Of a DNA stretch of 64,000 nt, positions 21,635-31,630 are shown in pieces. Each line of letters begins with the position of its first letter. The first letter of the stretch is position 1. Source of the DNA: a virus. Position numbers and translations under genes: made by a program. The stretch is taken from IMG/VR virus record IMGVR_UViG_3300021197_001635, positions 1 to 64,000 of that record; one strand, 5' to 3'. The notes under the pieces were generated by a model. The model worked only from the letters and a program-made list of their open reading frames with translations, was not told where the DNA came from and made no database searches.

Positions 21635-23728
21635 ATGGCATTTCAAGTTAGTCCTGGCGTGGTGGTCAAGGAAAAAGACCTCACATCTATCGTGCCAGCA
21701 GTATCATCGACCATTGCTGGTTTCGCAGGTCACTTCGAATGGGGACCAGTGGCACAGATTGTAACCGTTGACAGCGAGAACAATTTGTTCCAACTATTCG
21801 GTAGACCCAGCGACAGCAATGCTGAAGAATGGTTCAGTGCTGCCCAGTTCCTTGGATACGGTAACAACCTCAAAGTGGTCAGAGTGGTGGATGATGCCAC
21901 TGCTCTAAACGCTGGTTCTTCTGCTGGAACTCTGGTCAACAACGACGACCTATATCAGGATACAGTAGCAACTAATGGTGACAACTGGATCGCTAGATAT
22001 CCAGGCGTACGGGGTAACTCCCTTAAGGTTGCTTGGCATGATGGTGGCAATGGCACTACATTCAGTTTCAAATTAGGAACCACTGCTGGAGTTGGGCAGG
22101 CAGCTGGTCTCACCGCGTTCGCGATCGGTGCGACTGTTGCTCAAGGTACTATTTCGGGTGCAACCGTAAGTTCAGCAACCTTCCTAGGAAATATCGTTGC
22201 AACTGGACCAGCAGGATTCATTAAGGTGAACACCATTTCTGGTACTCCAGTCGCTGGTGCGATGTCAGCAGTTAAGACTGCAGATCTTACCGCCGCTCAC
22301 CTAGTGGGTACTGGTGGGGCAAGCAATCTAACTGGTAACCGAGCGGTACTTGCTACCGTTGAGAGCAGTTTTGGAGTTAGTGCTGGTAATTACAAGTTAT
22401 GGCAATATGCCAACAAGTTCCCACAGCAACTACCAGCTACCACACAGTTCGCAGAAGACCGAACAGGATCAAAGACTGTTCATGATGCGATGAACCTTTT
22501 GGTGATTGATGAAGACGGAGAATTCACTGGAACAAAGGGAACCATCCTTGAAACCTATAATGGTCTCTCCAAAGCATCAAATGCCAAGAAATTCGATGGT
22601 GATAGCAACTTCTATAAAGATGTGATCAATGACGCATCTAAGTACATCTGGTGGGGAGAGCATCCTGTAACGGTTGGAAATGCCTCCACAGTGAATGCTG
22701 CTGTCACTGGAGGAAGCCTGAGATGGGGAGCGGAACTACCAGTTAGTGGTGGAACCTTCGATATCCTTAATGCGGATGGGGTAACTAATGGATTCGCTTC
22801 ATCCCTCGTGGGAGGAACTGGTCAGTTCGGTGGAACAGTCGCGGCATCAGGAACTGCTGGTTACGGTCTCTTCGAGGACTCAGAAACAGTCGATGTCAGT
22901 CTTCTAATCGGAGGAAATGCCGATTCTACCCTAGCAGGAGCATTGGTGGACCTCTGTGATAAGAGGAAAGACTGCGTGGCATTCTTGTCACCAGAGAAGG
23001 ATGACTGCGTTGCCAACGACACCCCCAGAACAGAGGCAGACTGCGAAACCAATGTGTTAGACTTCAGAGAAAACCAGCTCAATAAGAACAGCTCATATGC
23101 AGTTCTCGACTCTGGTTGGAAGAAGATGTACGATCGGTACAACGACAAGTTCAGATGGATGCCCCTCAATGCAGATACTGCTGGTATTTGTGTAAGGTCT
23201 GACGAGCAGACAGAGACTTGGTTCTCACCTGCTGGTCTTAATAGGGGGCAAGTCAGAGGAGCAGTTAAATTGGCATTTAATCCTCGTCAAGCACACCGAG
23301 ATAACCTCTATCAGCAGCAGGTTAACCCAGTGGTATCCTTCCCAGGCGAAGGAACGGTCTTGTTCGGTGATAAGACACTTCAGTCTAAGCCAAGTGCATT
23401 TGACAGAATCAATGTCAGAAGACTGTTCATCGTTCTAGAGAAGGCAATCTCAACTGCTTCCAAGTTCCAACTGTTCGAGCAGAATGATGCCTTCACTAGA
23501 GTTAACTTTAAGAGTCTGGTCGAGCCTTTCTTAAGAGATGTTCAGGCAAGAAGAGGTATTTTCGATTTCAAGGTGATCTGTGACGAATCCAACAACCCAC
23601 CAGTGGTTGTTGATCGCAACGAATTCGTTGCGGATATATTCATCAAGCCTACGAGATCAATCAACTTCATCACGCTTAACTTCATCGCTACTAAGACTGG
23701 AGTCGATTTCACAGAAATCGGGGCCTGA
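21635..23728 (+). CDS. gp18: Tail sheath protein gp18
   Basis: MAFQVSPGVVVKEKDLT, WFSPAGLNRG, FGDKT, AFDRINVRRLF, IKPTRSINFITLNF. Confidence 0.96.
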   Translation: MAFQVSPGVVVKEKDLTSIVPAVSSTIAGFAGHFEWGPVAQIVTVDSENNLFQLFGRPSDSNAEEWFSAAQFLGYGNNLKVVRVVDDATALNAGSSAGTLVNNDDLYQDTVATNGDNWIARYPGVRGNSLKVAWHDGGNGTTFSFKLGTTAGVGQAAGLTAFAIGATVAQGTISGATVSSATFLGNIVATGPAGFIKVNTISGTPVAGAMSAVKTADLTAAHLVGTGGASNLTGNRAVLATVESSFGVSAGNYKLWQYANKFPQQLPATTQFAEDRTGSKTVHDAMNLLVIDEDGEFTGTKGTILETYNGLSKASNAKKFDGDSNFYKDVINDASKYIWWGEHPVTVGNASTVNAAVTGGSLRWGAELPVSGGTFDILNADGVTNGFASSLVGGTGQFGGTVAASGTAGYGLFEDSETVDVSLLIGGNADSTLAGALVDLCDKRKDCVAFLSPEKDDCVANDTPRTEADCETNVLDFRENQLNKNSSYAVLDSGWKKMYDRYNDKFRWMPLNADTAGICVRSDEQTETWFSPAGLNRGQVRGAVKLAFNPRQAHRDNLYQQQVNPVVSFPGEGTVLFGDKTLQSKPSAFDRINVRRLFIVLEKAISTASKFQLFEQNDAFTRVNFKSLVEPFLRDVQARRGIFDFKVICDESNNPPVVVDRNEFVADIFIKPTRSINFITLNFIATKTGVDFTEIGA

Positions 23729-23731
23729 TCT

Positions 23732-23739
23732 TATAAATA
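23732..23739 (+). promoter_or_regulatory. T4-type late promoter (gp19)
   Basis: Intergenic TATAAATA. Confidence 0.75.
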
Positions 23740-23777
23740 ATGGTGTAACTAATAATACCATAGGGAGTTAGAATTAA

Positions 23778-24335
23778 ATGAACATAGATAGCTTCAAAAC
23801 AGCACTATCAAAAGGCGGGGTTAGACCCCATCTATTCAGAGTACAGGGGAATATAGGCAACACTAGCCTACCCACCAAGGTAGGATTCTTGTGCAAGGCT
23901 GCTCAACTTCCTGCTACCACAATTGGTGCTATTGAGGTCCCCTTCAGAGGAAGAAAGATCAAACTTCCAGGCGAGCGAGAATTCGCTGAATGGACGCTTA
24001 CTTTCTTATCTGACGGAGATTTTGAACTTAGGAATGCTTTCGAGAAATGGATGGACGATCTCAACCAGACAGTATCCAACGTTTCTACTTCAGAGCATAA
24101 TCTGAGTGGACCTCTGTTTCCAGACTGGAGAATAGATCAGCTTGACAGAACTGGTGATGCAATTAAGTCTTACCAATTCTTCCACTGCTGGCCTTCAGAA
24201 GTTTCATCAGTTGATGTATCTACAGATGCCACTGATCTAATGGAGTTCACAGTTACTCTGCAATATACTTACTTTATTACCCAAGACACTGATGTGAATG
24301 TTGGTACTGGTATTGCTGCTGCGCCTGGCAGTTGA
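23778..24335 (+). CDS. gp19: Tail tube protein gp19
   Basis: GGVRPHLFRV, FLCKAAQLP, VPFRGRKIKLPGEREFAEWT, QLDR, EFTVTLQY. Confidence 0.93.
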   Translation: MNIDSFKTALSKGGVRPHLFRVQGNIGNTSLPTKVGFLCKAAQLPATTIGAIEVPFRGRKIKLPGEREFAEWTLTFLSDGDFELRNAFEKWMDDLNQTVSNVSTSEHNLSGPLFPDWRIDQLDRTGDAIKSYQFFHCWPSEVSSVDVSTDATDLMEFTVTLQYTYFITQDTDVNVGTGIAAAPGS

Positions 24336-24362
24336 TATCTGATATCATAAGGACTATATTTT

Positions 24363-25880
24363 ATGCCGATAGAATTTTTTGGATTTAGTCTAGGTAGAAA
24401 GAAGAAGTCTACAAGTACCACCGATCTGTCCACAAAGGCAGATCAGGTGGGAACCTTTGTTAAACCTGATATAGATTACGAAGGGTCTACCATCATTGAT
24501 AGTGGTGCTGGATACTTCGGTACTTATATGGATATGGATGGCAGTGAGAAGACTGACATCGACTATATCAAGAAATATAGAGAAATGGCGACTCACCCAG
24601 AGGTAGAGTCTGCCATCGAAGATATATGCAATGAATCCATAGTTCATGTGGAAGATAGAAGAAATGTAGACATCAACCTAGAGATGGTAGATTTATCTGA
24701 CAATATCAAAAAACGGATTACCGAAGAATATGACAGTGTGTACTCTCTTCTGAACTTCGAAAATAAAGGATTTGAGATTTTCAGAAGGTGGTATGTAGAC
24801 GGTAAGTTATACTATCATATGGTGGTTGATCCTAAAAAAACCAAGAATGGTGTCTTGGACATTAAATACGTGGACCCCACCAAGATAAGAAAAATAGTTG
24901 AAGTCAAGAAAGAGACCAAAAACGGTGTAGAAACCGTAGTGGGTTCAGACGAGTTCTTCCTTTATAAAGAGAAACCAGAAGAGAGATCGTCTGGTGGAGT
25001 CAGGATAGCCCCCGAGGCTGTTTGTTATGCTACCTCTGGTCTTTTTGATGCTGGATCGAAGAGGGTGACAAGTTATCTCCATAAGGCGATTAAACCTCTC
25101 AATCAACTCAGAATGATCGAAGATGCGGTAGTCATTTATAGAATATCTCGTGCTCCAGAGAGAAGAATATTCTATATTGATGTGGGTTCTTTACCCAAGA
25201 CCAAAGCAGAACAGTATGTCAAAAGCATTATGAACAAGTACCGCAATAAGCTGGTATATGATGCCAAGACGGGTGCTATTAGAGATGACAAGCGGCATTT
25301 GAGCATGTTGGAAGACTTCTGGTTACCAAGAAGAGAAGGTGGTAAAGGTACAGAGATATCTACTCTAGACGGAGGACAAAATCTAGGTGAGATGGATGAT
25401 GTATTCTATTTCCAAAAGAGATTATTCCAGTCTTTGGGAGTACCCAAGTCTAGACTAGAGCAGGATGTGGCATATGGCATGGGAAGAGCCTCTGAGATTA
25501 ACAGAGACGAAGTAAAATTCATGAAATTCATTGATAGACTTAGAAGTAAGTTCAATGATGTGTTCAAGACTCTTCTTAAGACCCAGTGTATCCTTAAGGG
25601 AGTGATGACAGAAGATGAGTGGAATAAGGTGTCTGAGAGTATAAAATTCGATTATGCTAGAGACAACCACTTTGCCGAATTAAAAGACTACGAGATATTG
25701 AATGAGAGAATGAGCATCCTAAGAGATGTCAATGATTATATTGGTAAATACTACTCCGTGGACTGGGTGAGAAAGAATATACTCAGACAGTCAGAGAGGG
25801 AAATAGAAGAGCTGGATTCCCAAATCGCTAAGGAGAGGGAAGAAGGAATAATCACAGACGACGGAAACGAGGGGTATTAG
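24363..25880 (+). CDS. gp20: Portal protein gp20
   Basis: FRRWYVDG, SYLHKAIKPLNQLRMIEDAVVIYRISRAPERRIFYIDVG, EDFWLPRREGGKGTEISTL. Confidence 0.97.
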   Translation: MPIEFFGFSLGRKKKSTSTTDLSTKADQVGTFVKPDIDYEGSTIIDSGAGYFGTYMDMDGSEKTDIDYIKKYREMATHPEVESAIEDICNESIVHVEDRRNVDINLEMVDLSDNIKKRITEEYDSVYSLLNFENKGFEIFRRWYVDGKLYYHMVVDPKKTKNGVLDIKYVDPTKIRKIVEVKKETKNGVETVVGSDEFFLYKEKPEERSSGGVRIAPEAVCYATSGLFDAGSKRVTSYLHKAIKPLNQLRMIEDAVVIYRISRAPERRIFYIDVGSLPKTKAEQYVKSIMNKYRNKLVYDAKTGAIRDDKRHLSMLEDFWLPRREGGKGTEISTLDGGQNLGEMDDVFYFQKRLFQSLGVPKSRLEQDVAYGMGRASEINRDEVKFMKFIDRLRSKFNDVFKTLLKTQCILKGVMTEDEWNKVSESIKFDYARDNHFAELKDYEILNERMSILRDVNDYIGKYYSVDWVRKNILRQSEREIEELDSQIAKEREEGIITDDGNEGY

Positions 25881-25884
25881 AAAG

Positions 25885-26499
25885 ATGAAAGATCCTTTAA
25901 AAGAATCAATTAACGAAATCCTGATGAACAAAGCATCTGAGGCCATGAAGATTGCTGAGTTTAAGGCTGGAAAAAGTATGATGATTGAGCAGGATGAAGA
26001 CCCAGCCTTAGATCCTGAATTAGATAGAGAATTCTTTCTTAAATCAATCGAAGAGAAAGACTCCACGATCACTATCAAGACTCTAGGTGTAGGCAAGAAT
26101 AAACCAGTATCAGTCTATATAAACGATGCACGATGGGAAATGTTTCCAGGCCCAGTTAGAGCAGAGGAAGAGGCTATTAAATTTATTAATAGCAACCATT
26201 TTGAAAAGTGGCAAGAATCCCATATGCCCAAGAAAGACGAAGAAGAATCTTCCAAAGAAGATGATCCTAAAGATGAAGATGTGATGGATTCAGTGATATC
26301 TGCTAGAGATTCAAACCTAGCAGAAAATATAGTCTTCGGAGATGGAGATACCACCACACTTCAACCTAGAGAGGCCGCAAGAATGTGCAGTCTATATGAG
26401 GCTTTGGATTCGGAGAATAGGTCTAAATTTGTAAGCCTCATAAATAAAAGTAAGTCAGAATTTATGTCTGTTCTAGAATTCTCATTATCAAATGTATAA
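25885..26499 (+). CDS. Hypothetical protein, probable prohead core component
   Basis: Acidic 204-aa ORF between portal and prohead protease (gp67/68 position). Confidence 0.45.
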   Translation: MKDPLKESINEILMNKASEAMKIAEFKAGKSMMIEQDEDPALDPELDREFFLKSIEEKDSTITIKTLGVGKNKPVSVYINDARWEMFPGPVRAEEEAIKFINSNHFEKWQESHMPKKDEEESSKEDDPKDEDVMDSVISARDSNLAENIVFGDGDTTTLQPREAARMCSLYEALDSENRSKFVSLINKSKSEFMSVLEFSLSNV

Positions 26500-26519
26500 T
26501 ACCTTAAGAGGATCTCAAA

Positions 26520-26855
26520 ATGAGTAACGATATTGCAAAGAAAATAGTAGATCACATTATGGAAGAAGATGCCATCGGTGCTAATGAAAGCATTAGAGAG
26601 GCACTATACATCAATGCTGGAGAAATCCTAAGGGAATCTGCTCCTATGTCTGTTGGAAGATCTTTCCAAGAGATTGTAGTAGAAGAAAAGAGTCCCGAGC
26701 AGAAAGCGTTCCAAGCACTATTTGACAAGATCTTAAAGAAGCATGGCGTGGATAGTCCTAACGAGTTAGAAGACGGTAAGAAGGACGATTTCTTCAATGA
26801 AGTTGAGAGAGAATGGAAGAAAGACCCTGCCAACACTCCTGAGAAAGGCGAATAA
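26520..26855 (+). CDS. Prohead core protein-like (gp67/68 position)
   Basis: Small acidic ORF, FQALFDKILKKHGVDSPNELEDGKKDDFFNEVEREW; directly before gp21. Confidence 0.5.
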   Translation: MSNDIAKKIVDHIMEEDAIGANESIREALYINAGEILRESAPMSVGRSFQEIVVEEKSPEQKAFQALFDKILKKHGVDSPNELEDGKKDDFFNEVEREWKKDPANTPEKGE

Positions 26856-27508
26856 TGCTATTAATGACAGAATCAAATTTAGACGGCATTAAATTGCTTG
26901 CAGAAGAACAGGAAGATGGATCCCGCAATTATTTCATTGAGGGAATCTTCATGCAGTCTAATAAAAAGAATAAGAACGGCAGATCATATCCCAAAGACAT
27001 CCTGATGAAGGAAGTCAAAAGATATAATAAAGAGTATGTGGACAAAAGACGTGCTTTGGGAGAATTGGGTCACCCAGAGGGACCAACCGTAAACCTAGAC
27101 AGAGTTTCCCATCTAATCACAGAAATGTGGGAAGATGGTGACGACATTTATGGTCGTGCTAAGGTTATGGATACACCCATGGGTAAAATAGTAAAGAATC
27201 TCATTGATGAAGGTGCTAATATTGGTGTCTCATCGAGAGGAATGGGTTCACTTAAAAAGAATAAAGGTGGTGTAAACGAAGTACAAGACGACTTCGTTCT
27301 CTCCACTGTTGATATTGTGTCCGATCCTTCAGCCCCTGATGCCTACGTTAATGGTATTATGGAGGGAAAAGAATGGGTATGGAATAACGGTATTCTAGAG
27401 GCTAGAACGATAGAGAGTCACAAGGATCTAATCGAAAGAGCATCCAATAACGAAGACAGAGAGAAAAAAGCCCTCTTTGCCTTCGTCGACTTTTTATCGA
27501 AAATCTGA
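26855..27508 (+). CDS. gp21: Prohead core protease gp21
   Basis: FIEGIFMQ, NKNGRSYP, ALGELGHP, GVSSRGMGSL, DIVSDPSAPDA. Confidence 0.96.
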   Translation: MLLMTESNLDGIKLLAEEQEDGSRNYFIEGIFMQSNKKNKNGRSYPKDILMKEVKRYNKEYVDKRRALGELGHPEGPTVNLDRVSHLITEMWEDGDDIYGRAKVMDTPMGKIVKNLIDEGANIGVSSRGMGSLKKNKGGVNEVQDDFVLSTVDIVSDPSAPDAYVNGIMEGKEWVWNNGILEARTIESHKDLIERASNNEDREKKALFAFVDFLSKI

Positions 27509-27585
27509 GGCTTATATATACAATGAATAAATCTGTATGATTTCATTGCCTTATCAAAAGAGGGTTTCCAAGGAGATATCACAAA

Positions 27586-28725
27586 ATGCCTACTAACGAT
27601 AAAGATCCAATTGCTGCTGCCAAGAGCATCCTCGAAGGCAGCAGTAAAAAGAAAGAAATGGAAGAGGGTCTAAGAGACGCTCTCGAATCAGCACTTAAAG
27701 ACGGAAAGGCTGAGTTCTCTTATGAAGGTAAGAAGTACACAGTCAAAGAAGATAGTGCTGAACCAGTAGAAGAGGCTGCAGTTGAGGATATCACTGGCAA
27801 ACTCGGTGGAGAGGCAGTTCCTGCTCCTTCAGTCGATGCTGCCAAGAAGAATCCCAAGGGCAAACTCAAGCATGACAAGAATAAACCTTCGAAGGCTTCA
27901 TCTAAGTTGGATACTCTCAAGGGTAGCAACGAAAGTGTTGAAATCGATATCGACAGCATTGTAAACAACTTCGTATCGGAAGACAATGATGAAGATATGA
28001 CAGCACTATTCTCTGGAGAAGAATTGACAGAAAGTTTTAAAGACAAGGCTAAGACCATCTTTGAAATCGCAGTCAAGGCTAGAGTTAAGGCAGTGGCAGG
28101 ACAGATCCAAGAAGATGCTAATAGGCAAGTATCTCAGATCTCAGAATCCACCAGAGAAGAAATGATCGAGTCAATGAATGATTATCTCGCATACGTCACT
28201 GAAGAGTGGATGAGAGAGAATCAGATTGCTATCGATAGAGGCATTAAATCAGACATTTCAGAAAGCTTCATGATGGGACTAAAGAGCCTATTTGAAGCAC
28301 ACTACATCGATATGCCAGATGAAAAATACGATGTGGTCGCTGAAATGCAGGATAAGTTGACAAACCTAGAAGGTGAGCTCAATGAGCAGATCCAGAAGAA
28401 TGTAGAATTGAACTCATCCTTAACTGGGTCGCAGTGCAATGACATTTTCAACGAAGTTTCTAAGGGACTAACTGACACTCAGGCAGAAAAACTTGCCAAG
28501 TTAGCAGAAGGCCTAGAGGCTAATACCACTGATCAGTTCTCAGAGAAATTGGCAATCCTCAAAGAATCCTACTTCAATAATGTGGCTCCATCATCTAACA
28601 CTGCTGGAGATGCAGAAGTATTGAATGAAGACAACGACAAGACAGAGGCTGAGGTCTTCAGAACTAGAGAAATGCAGAACTATTCCAAGTACATGGCTAG
28701 ATCAGCTAAAAATTTCAAGCTATAA
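27586..28725 (+). CDS. gp22: Prohead scaffold protein gp22
   Basis: ELTESFKDKAKTIFE, YLAYVTEEWMREN, GLKSLFEAHYI, LKESYF. Confidence 0.9.
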   Translation: MPTNDKDPIAAAKSILEGSSKKKEMEEGLRDALESALKDGKAEFSYEGKKYTVKEDSAEPVEEAAVEDITGKLGGEAVPAPSVDAAKKNPKGKLKHDKNKPSKASSKLDTLKGSNESVEIDIDSIVNNFVSEDNDEDMTALFSGEELTESFKDKAKTIFEIAVKARVKAVAGQIQEDANRQVSQISESTREEMIESMNDYLAYVTEEWMRENQIAIDRGIKSDISESFMMGLKSLFEAHYIDMPDEKYDVVAEMQDKLTNLEGELNEQIQKNVELNSSLTGSQCNDIFNEVSKGLTDTQAEKLAKLAEGLEANTTDQFSEKLAILKESYFNNVAPSSNTAGDAEVLNEDNDKTEAEVFRTREMQNYSKYMARSAKNFKL

Positions 28726-28788
28726 TTTTTAACCAACCCCCCCAATTTTTGGGGTCAATTTCATAAAATAGGTAAGGAGTTTAACCTA

Positions 28789-30195
28789 ATGCTAAATGAA
28801 AGACACAACCCTCACGATACTTCGGCTGTCGCTGAGATGCTTAAAGAGAAATGGGCACCAGTCCTCAATCATGATGATGCCGCCCCAATCGAAGATTACT
28901 ACAAGAAGAACGTTACTGCGATTCTTCTTGAAAACCAAGAGCAGGCAATGCTCGCAGAAGCAGCACCTTCTAATAACATTGGCGACGGAAGTGGTGGTGT
29001 GAGAACGTGGGATCCAATCATGATCTCAATGGTTCGTCGTGCTATGCCTAACCTAATGGCATACGACATCTGTGGTGTTCAGCCCATGACTGGTCCTACT
29101 GGACTTATCTTCGCAATGAAGGCTAAGTACGCAGACCAAGGTGGTCAAGAAGCACTATTCGATAAGGCAGCCACTCAGTTCTCCATGCAAGATGGTGCTG
29201 GTTCCACTTCCGAAGGTGAAGGTACAGACCCACTAAATGATTCTGATTCCGTTCAATCTCAGGTCGGTGGTGCTACCTTCGCAGCACTTGACGTATTCCA
29301 TGGAATGGATACAGCTACGGCTGAAGCATTGGGAGATGTAGAGGCTAGTAACCCATTCGGGGAAATGGCATTCACCATCGATCGTACTTCAGTCACCGCT
29401 AAGACTCGTGCCCTCAAGGCAGAGTACACGACTGAACTCGCTCAGGATCTCAAGGCTGTTCATGGTCTTGATGCAGAGACTGAACTTGCTAATATCCTTA
29501 GCAACGAAATTCTCTTCGAGATCAACCGCGAAGTCATCCGTACTATCACCAAGGGTGCTAAGCTTGGTGCTCAGCAGAATGATCTCCACCACAAGATAGC
29601 TGGTGGTACAGCATGGCATCCTACCAATACCTCAACTGGTCGCGGTGGTATCTATGACGTTAGAGCAGACTCTGACGGTCGTTGGAGTGCTGAGAAGTTC
29701 CGTGGTCTTCTCTTCCAAATCGAGAGAGAAGCAAACCAAATCGCTAAGGATACTCGTCGTGGTAAGGGTAACATTGTTATCTGCTCCTCAGACGTTGCTT
29801 CTGCCCTTGCAATGGGTGGATGGATGAACCTTAGTGGTGGAGACGCTGGAAACCTTAATGTAGACGACACTGGAAATACCTTCGTTGGTACTATCGGTGG
29901 TGGACGCATCAAGGTCTACGTTGACCCCTACGCATCCATCGACTACGTTGTTGTTGGATACAAGGGAACCAATGCTTATGATGCTGGTCTCTTCTACTGC
30001 CCATACGTCCCACTACAGATGGTTCGTGCGGTTGGTGAAAATTCATTCCAGCCCAAGATCGGGTTCAAGACTCGCTACGGTCTAGTCAACAACCCATACG
30101 TTTCACAGGCAGACCCATCGGCAACAGCTGCTAACAGAGTTAACCAGTACTACCGAATCTTCCGTGTTGATAACCTACATGGTATCACTGGTTGA
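28789..30195 (+). CDS. gp23: Major capsid protein gp23
   Basis: LKEKWAPVL, MVRRAMPNLMAYDICGVQPMTGPTGLIFAM, AKTRALKAEYTTELAQDLKAVHGLDAE, FQPKIGFKTRYG. Confidence 0.98.
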   Translation: MLNERHNPHDTSAVAEMLKEKWAPVLNHDDAAPIEDYYKKNVTAILLENQEQAMLAEAAPSNNIGDGSGGVRTWDPIMISMVRRAMPNLMAYDICGVQPMTGPTGLIFAMKAKYADQGGQEALFDKAATQFSMQDGAGSTSEGEGTDPLNDSDSVQSQVGGATFAALDVFHGMDTATAEALGDVEASNPFGEMAFTIDRTSVTAKTRALKAEYTTELAQDLKAVHGLDAETELANILSNEILFEINREVIRTITKGAKLGAQQNDLHHKIAGGTAWHPTNTSTGRGGIYDVRADSDGRWSAEKFRGLLFQIEREANQIAKDTRRGKGNIVICSSDVASALAMGGWMNLSGGDAGNLNVDDTGNTFVGTIGGGRIKVYVDPYASIDYVVVGYKGTNAYDAGLFYCPYVPLQMVRAVGENSFQPKIGFKTRYGLVNNPYVSQADPSATAANRVNQYYRIFRVDNLHGITG

Positions 30196-30225
30196 TAATA
30201 ACTGGTAAGTAAAAGTTACGAAATC

Positions 30226-30255
30226 GGGGTCCCCTCTAGGGGGGACCCCTTTTTT
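30226..30255 (+). terminator. Rho-independent terminator after gp23
   Basis: GGGGTCCCC-TCTAGG-GGGGACCCC hairpin followed by TTTTTT. Confidence 0.9.
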
Positions 30256-30256
30256 G

Positions 30257-30264
30257 TATAAATA
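30257..30264 (+). promoter_or_regulatory. T4-type late promoter
   Basis: TATAAATA immediately after the gp23 terminator. Confidence 0.75.
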
Positions 30265-30311
30265 TTATTGAGGTCCAACACTAGATACTTTAATTCCTAG
30301 GGGAACAAGAA

Positions 30312-30560
30312 ATGCCTGAATCTTTCAGAAGACTATACACAATCACCAAGAGTGATTCCAATTATATTAACCAGAATTTCCAGGCCTTATATGTAGCTGG
30401 AGCGACTGGTACGACCTGCAATATTACGGTTAATGATGTTCAGGGAGTTACTACTGCTTTCAACAACGTCTTGAGTGGTACTGTTCTACCGATCACGTGC
30501 AGCCAGGTTAGGTCTACTGGGACCAATGCTACAGTAATAATTGGTCTCACTAACGGGTGA
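30312..30560 (+). CDS. Small virion protein resembling head spike-base proteins (RcGTA Rcc01079 family)
   Basis: ITKSD...FQALYVAG..G...V......TTAFNNVLSGTVLPITCSQVRSTGTNATVIIGL matches the remembered family pattern. Confidence 0.6.
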   Translation: MPESFRRLYTITKSDSNYINQNFQALYVAGATGTTCNITVNDVQGVTTAFNNVLSGTVLPITCSQVRSTGTNATVIIGLTNG

Positions 30561-31120
30561 TGGCTATTAACGACGGAATAACTGGATCTGATCTTCTGGG
30601 TGTACCACACCACCTCAGTCCTAGTCCGTTAGATAGACAACCTTCCAACACCAACTATCTGAATCCCACTTTTTTCAGATTTCAGATAGGAAGGGTCCCA
30701 GCGGTTACATATTTCTGTCAAGGTGTAAATCTACCTAGTGTAGATATCGGGGAATTTGAGCAAGAGACCTTCTTCTCATCTGCTAAGCACCCCAATTCCA
30801 AACCAGAATATGGTGATCTTACTGTGAGGTTTATTGTAGATGAAGATCTTGTGAATTGGAAACAATTACATGACTGGATGAAAGAGATATCTAATTTTGA
30901 ATCCTTTGAGGGACATATTGAGAATGTGGGGGATCATTTCTCTGATGCTACCCTGATATTGCTAACCAGCGGAATGAATGCTAACACAGAGATAGTTTTC
31001 AAGAACTGCTGGCCCAAGTCTTTGGGTGGGATAGAACTAGATAGTAGTGTAGAGGCTTTAGACTCTATAACCTCAGAGGTGACATTATCTTTCGATTCCT
31101 TCCATATCAACAAGCTCTAA
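30557..31120 (+). CDS. gp3: Tail tube terminator/completion protein gp3
   Basis: NYLNPTFFRFQIGRVPAVTYFCQGVNLP, YGDLTVRFIVDEDLVNW..LHDWM, SDATLILL. Confidence 0.82.
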   Translation: MMAINDGITGSDLLGVPHHLSPSPLDRQPSNTNYLNPTFFRFQIGRVPAVTYFCQGVNLPSVDIGEFEQETFFSSAKHPNSKPEYGDLTVRFIVDEDLVNWKQLHDWMKEISNFESFEGHIENVGDHFSDATLILLTSGMNANTEIVFKNCWPKSLGGIELDSSVEALDSITSEVTLSFDSFHINKL

Positions 31121-31127
31121 ACCAATA

Positions 31128-31156
31128 TTGACAAGAATCAGCCTTAATGGTATAAT
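31128..31156 (+). promoter_or_regulatory. Sigma70-type early/middle promoter (uvsY)
   Basis: TTGACA-17 nt-TATAAT with extended TG. Confidence 0.85.
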
Positions 31157-31189
31157 AGATTTTTAACCGTTAATGGGAGATCCATATCT

Positions 31190-31627
31190 ATGCAATTAGA
31201 TCAAATAAAAAATATGTATGAAAGAGATTCTCAGATAGATGGCACAGAGCTTGATATAGAATCCATCAAATTGCCTCAGCTTCATAACAAGTATCTCAAC
31301 CTTCTTCAAGACGAGAAGTTGGTGCTGAGAAAGCTTATAGCAGATAAGAGCGAAATGTTCAGACTAAAGTGGGAATATTATAGCGGGAAAATGGATAAGG
31401 AAGCACTAGATAAATATGGATGGGAACCTTTCCAACTCAATATTCTCAAGAAAGATATAGACATATATATCAACTCTGACAAGGATCTCAGACTTTTGCA
31501 AGATAGAATATCTTATCATGAAGTCATCTTGGGCTATCTAGAAGAGATACTGAAAGAAATTAATGGCAGACATTGGAAGATTAGAAATGCTATCGAGTGG
31601 AGAAAATTTACAAATGGTGGATTCTGA
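31190..31627 (+). CDS. uvsY: Recombination mediator UvsY
   Basis: ESIKLPQLHNKYL, KWEYYSGK, IYINSDKD, IRNAIEWRKF; precedes uvsW. Confidence 0.9.
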   Translation: MQLDQIKNMYERDSQIDGTELDIESIKLPQLHNKYLNLLQDEKLVLRKLIADKSEMFRLKWEYYSGKMDKEALDKYGWEPFQLNILKKDIDIYINSDKDLRLLQDRISYHEVILGYLEEILKEINGRHWKIRNAIEWRKFTNGGF

Positions 31628-31630
31628 CTC

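Noticed and set aside
28740-28754. CCCCAA-TTT-TTGGGG hairpin between gp22 and gp23
   Set aside because: Short stem, no U-tract, and directly upstream of the major capsid gene; too weak to call a terminator or other element
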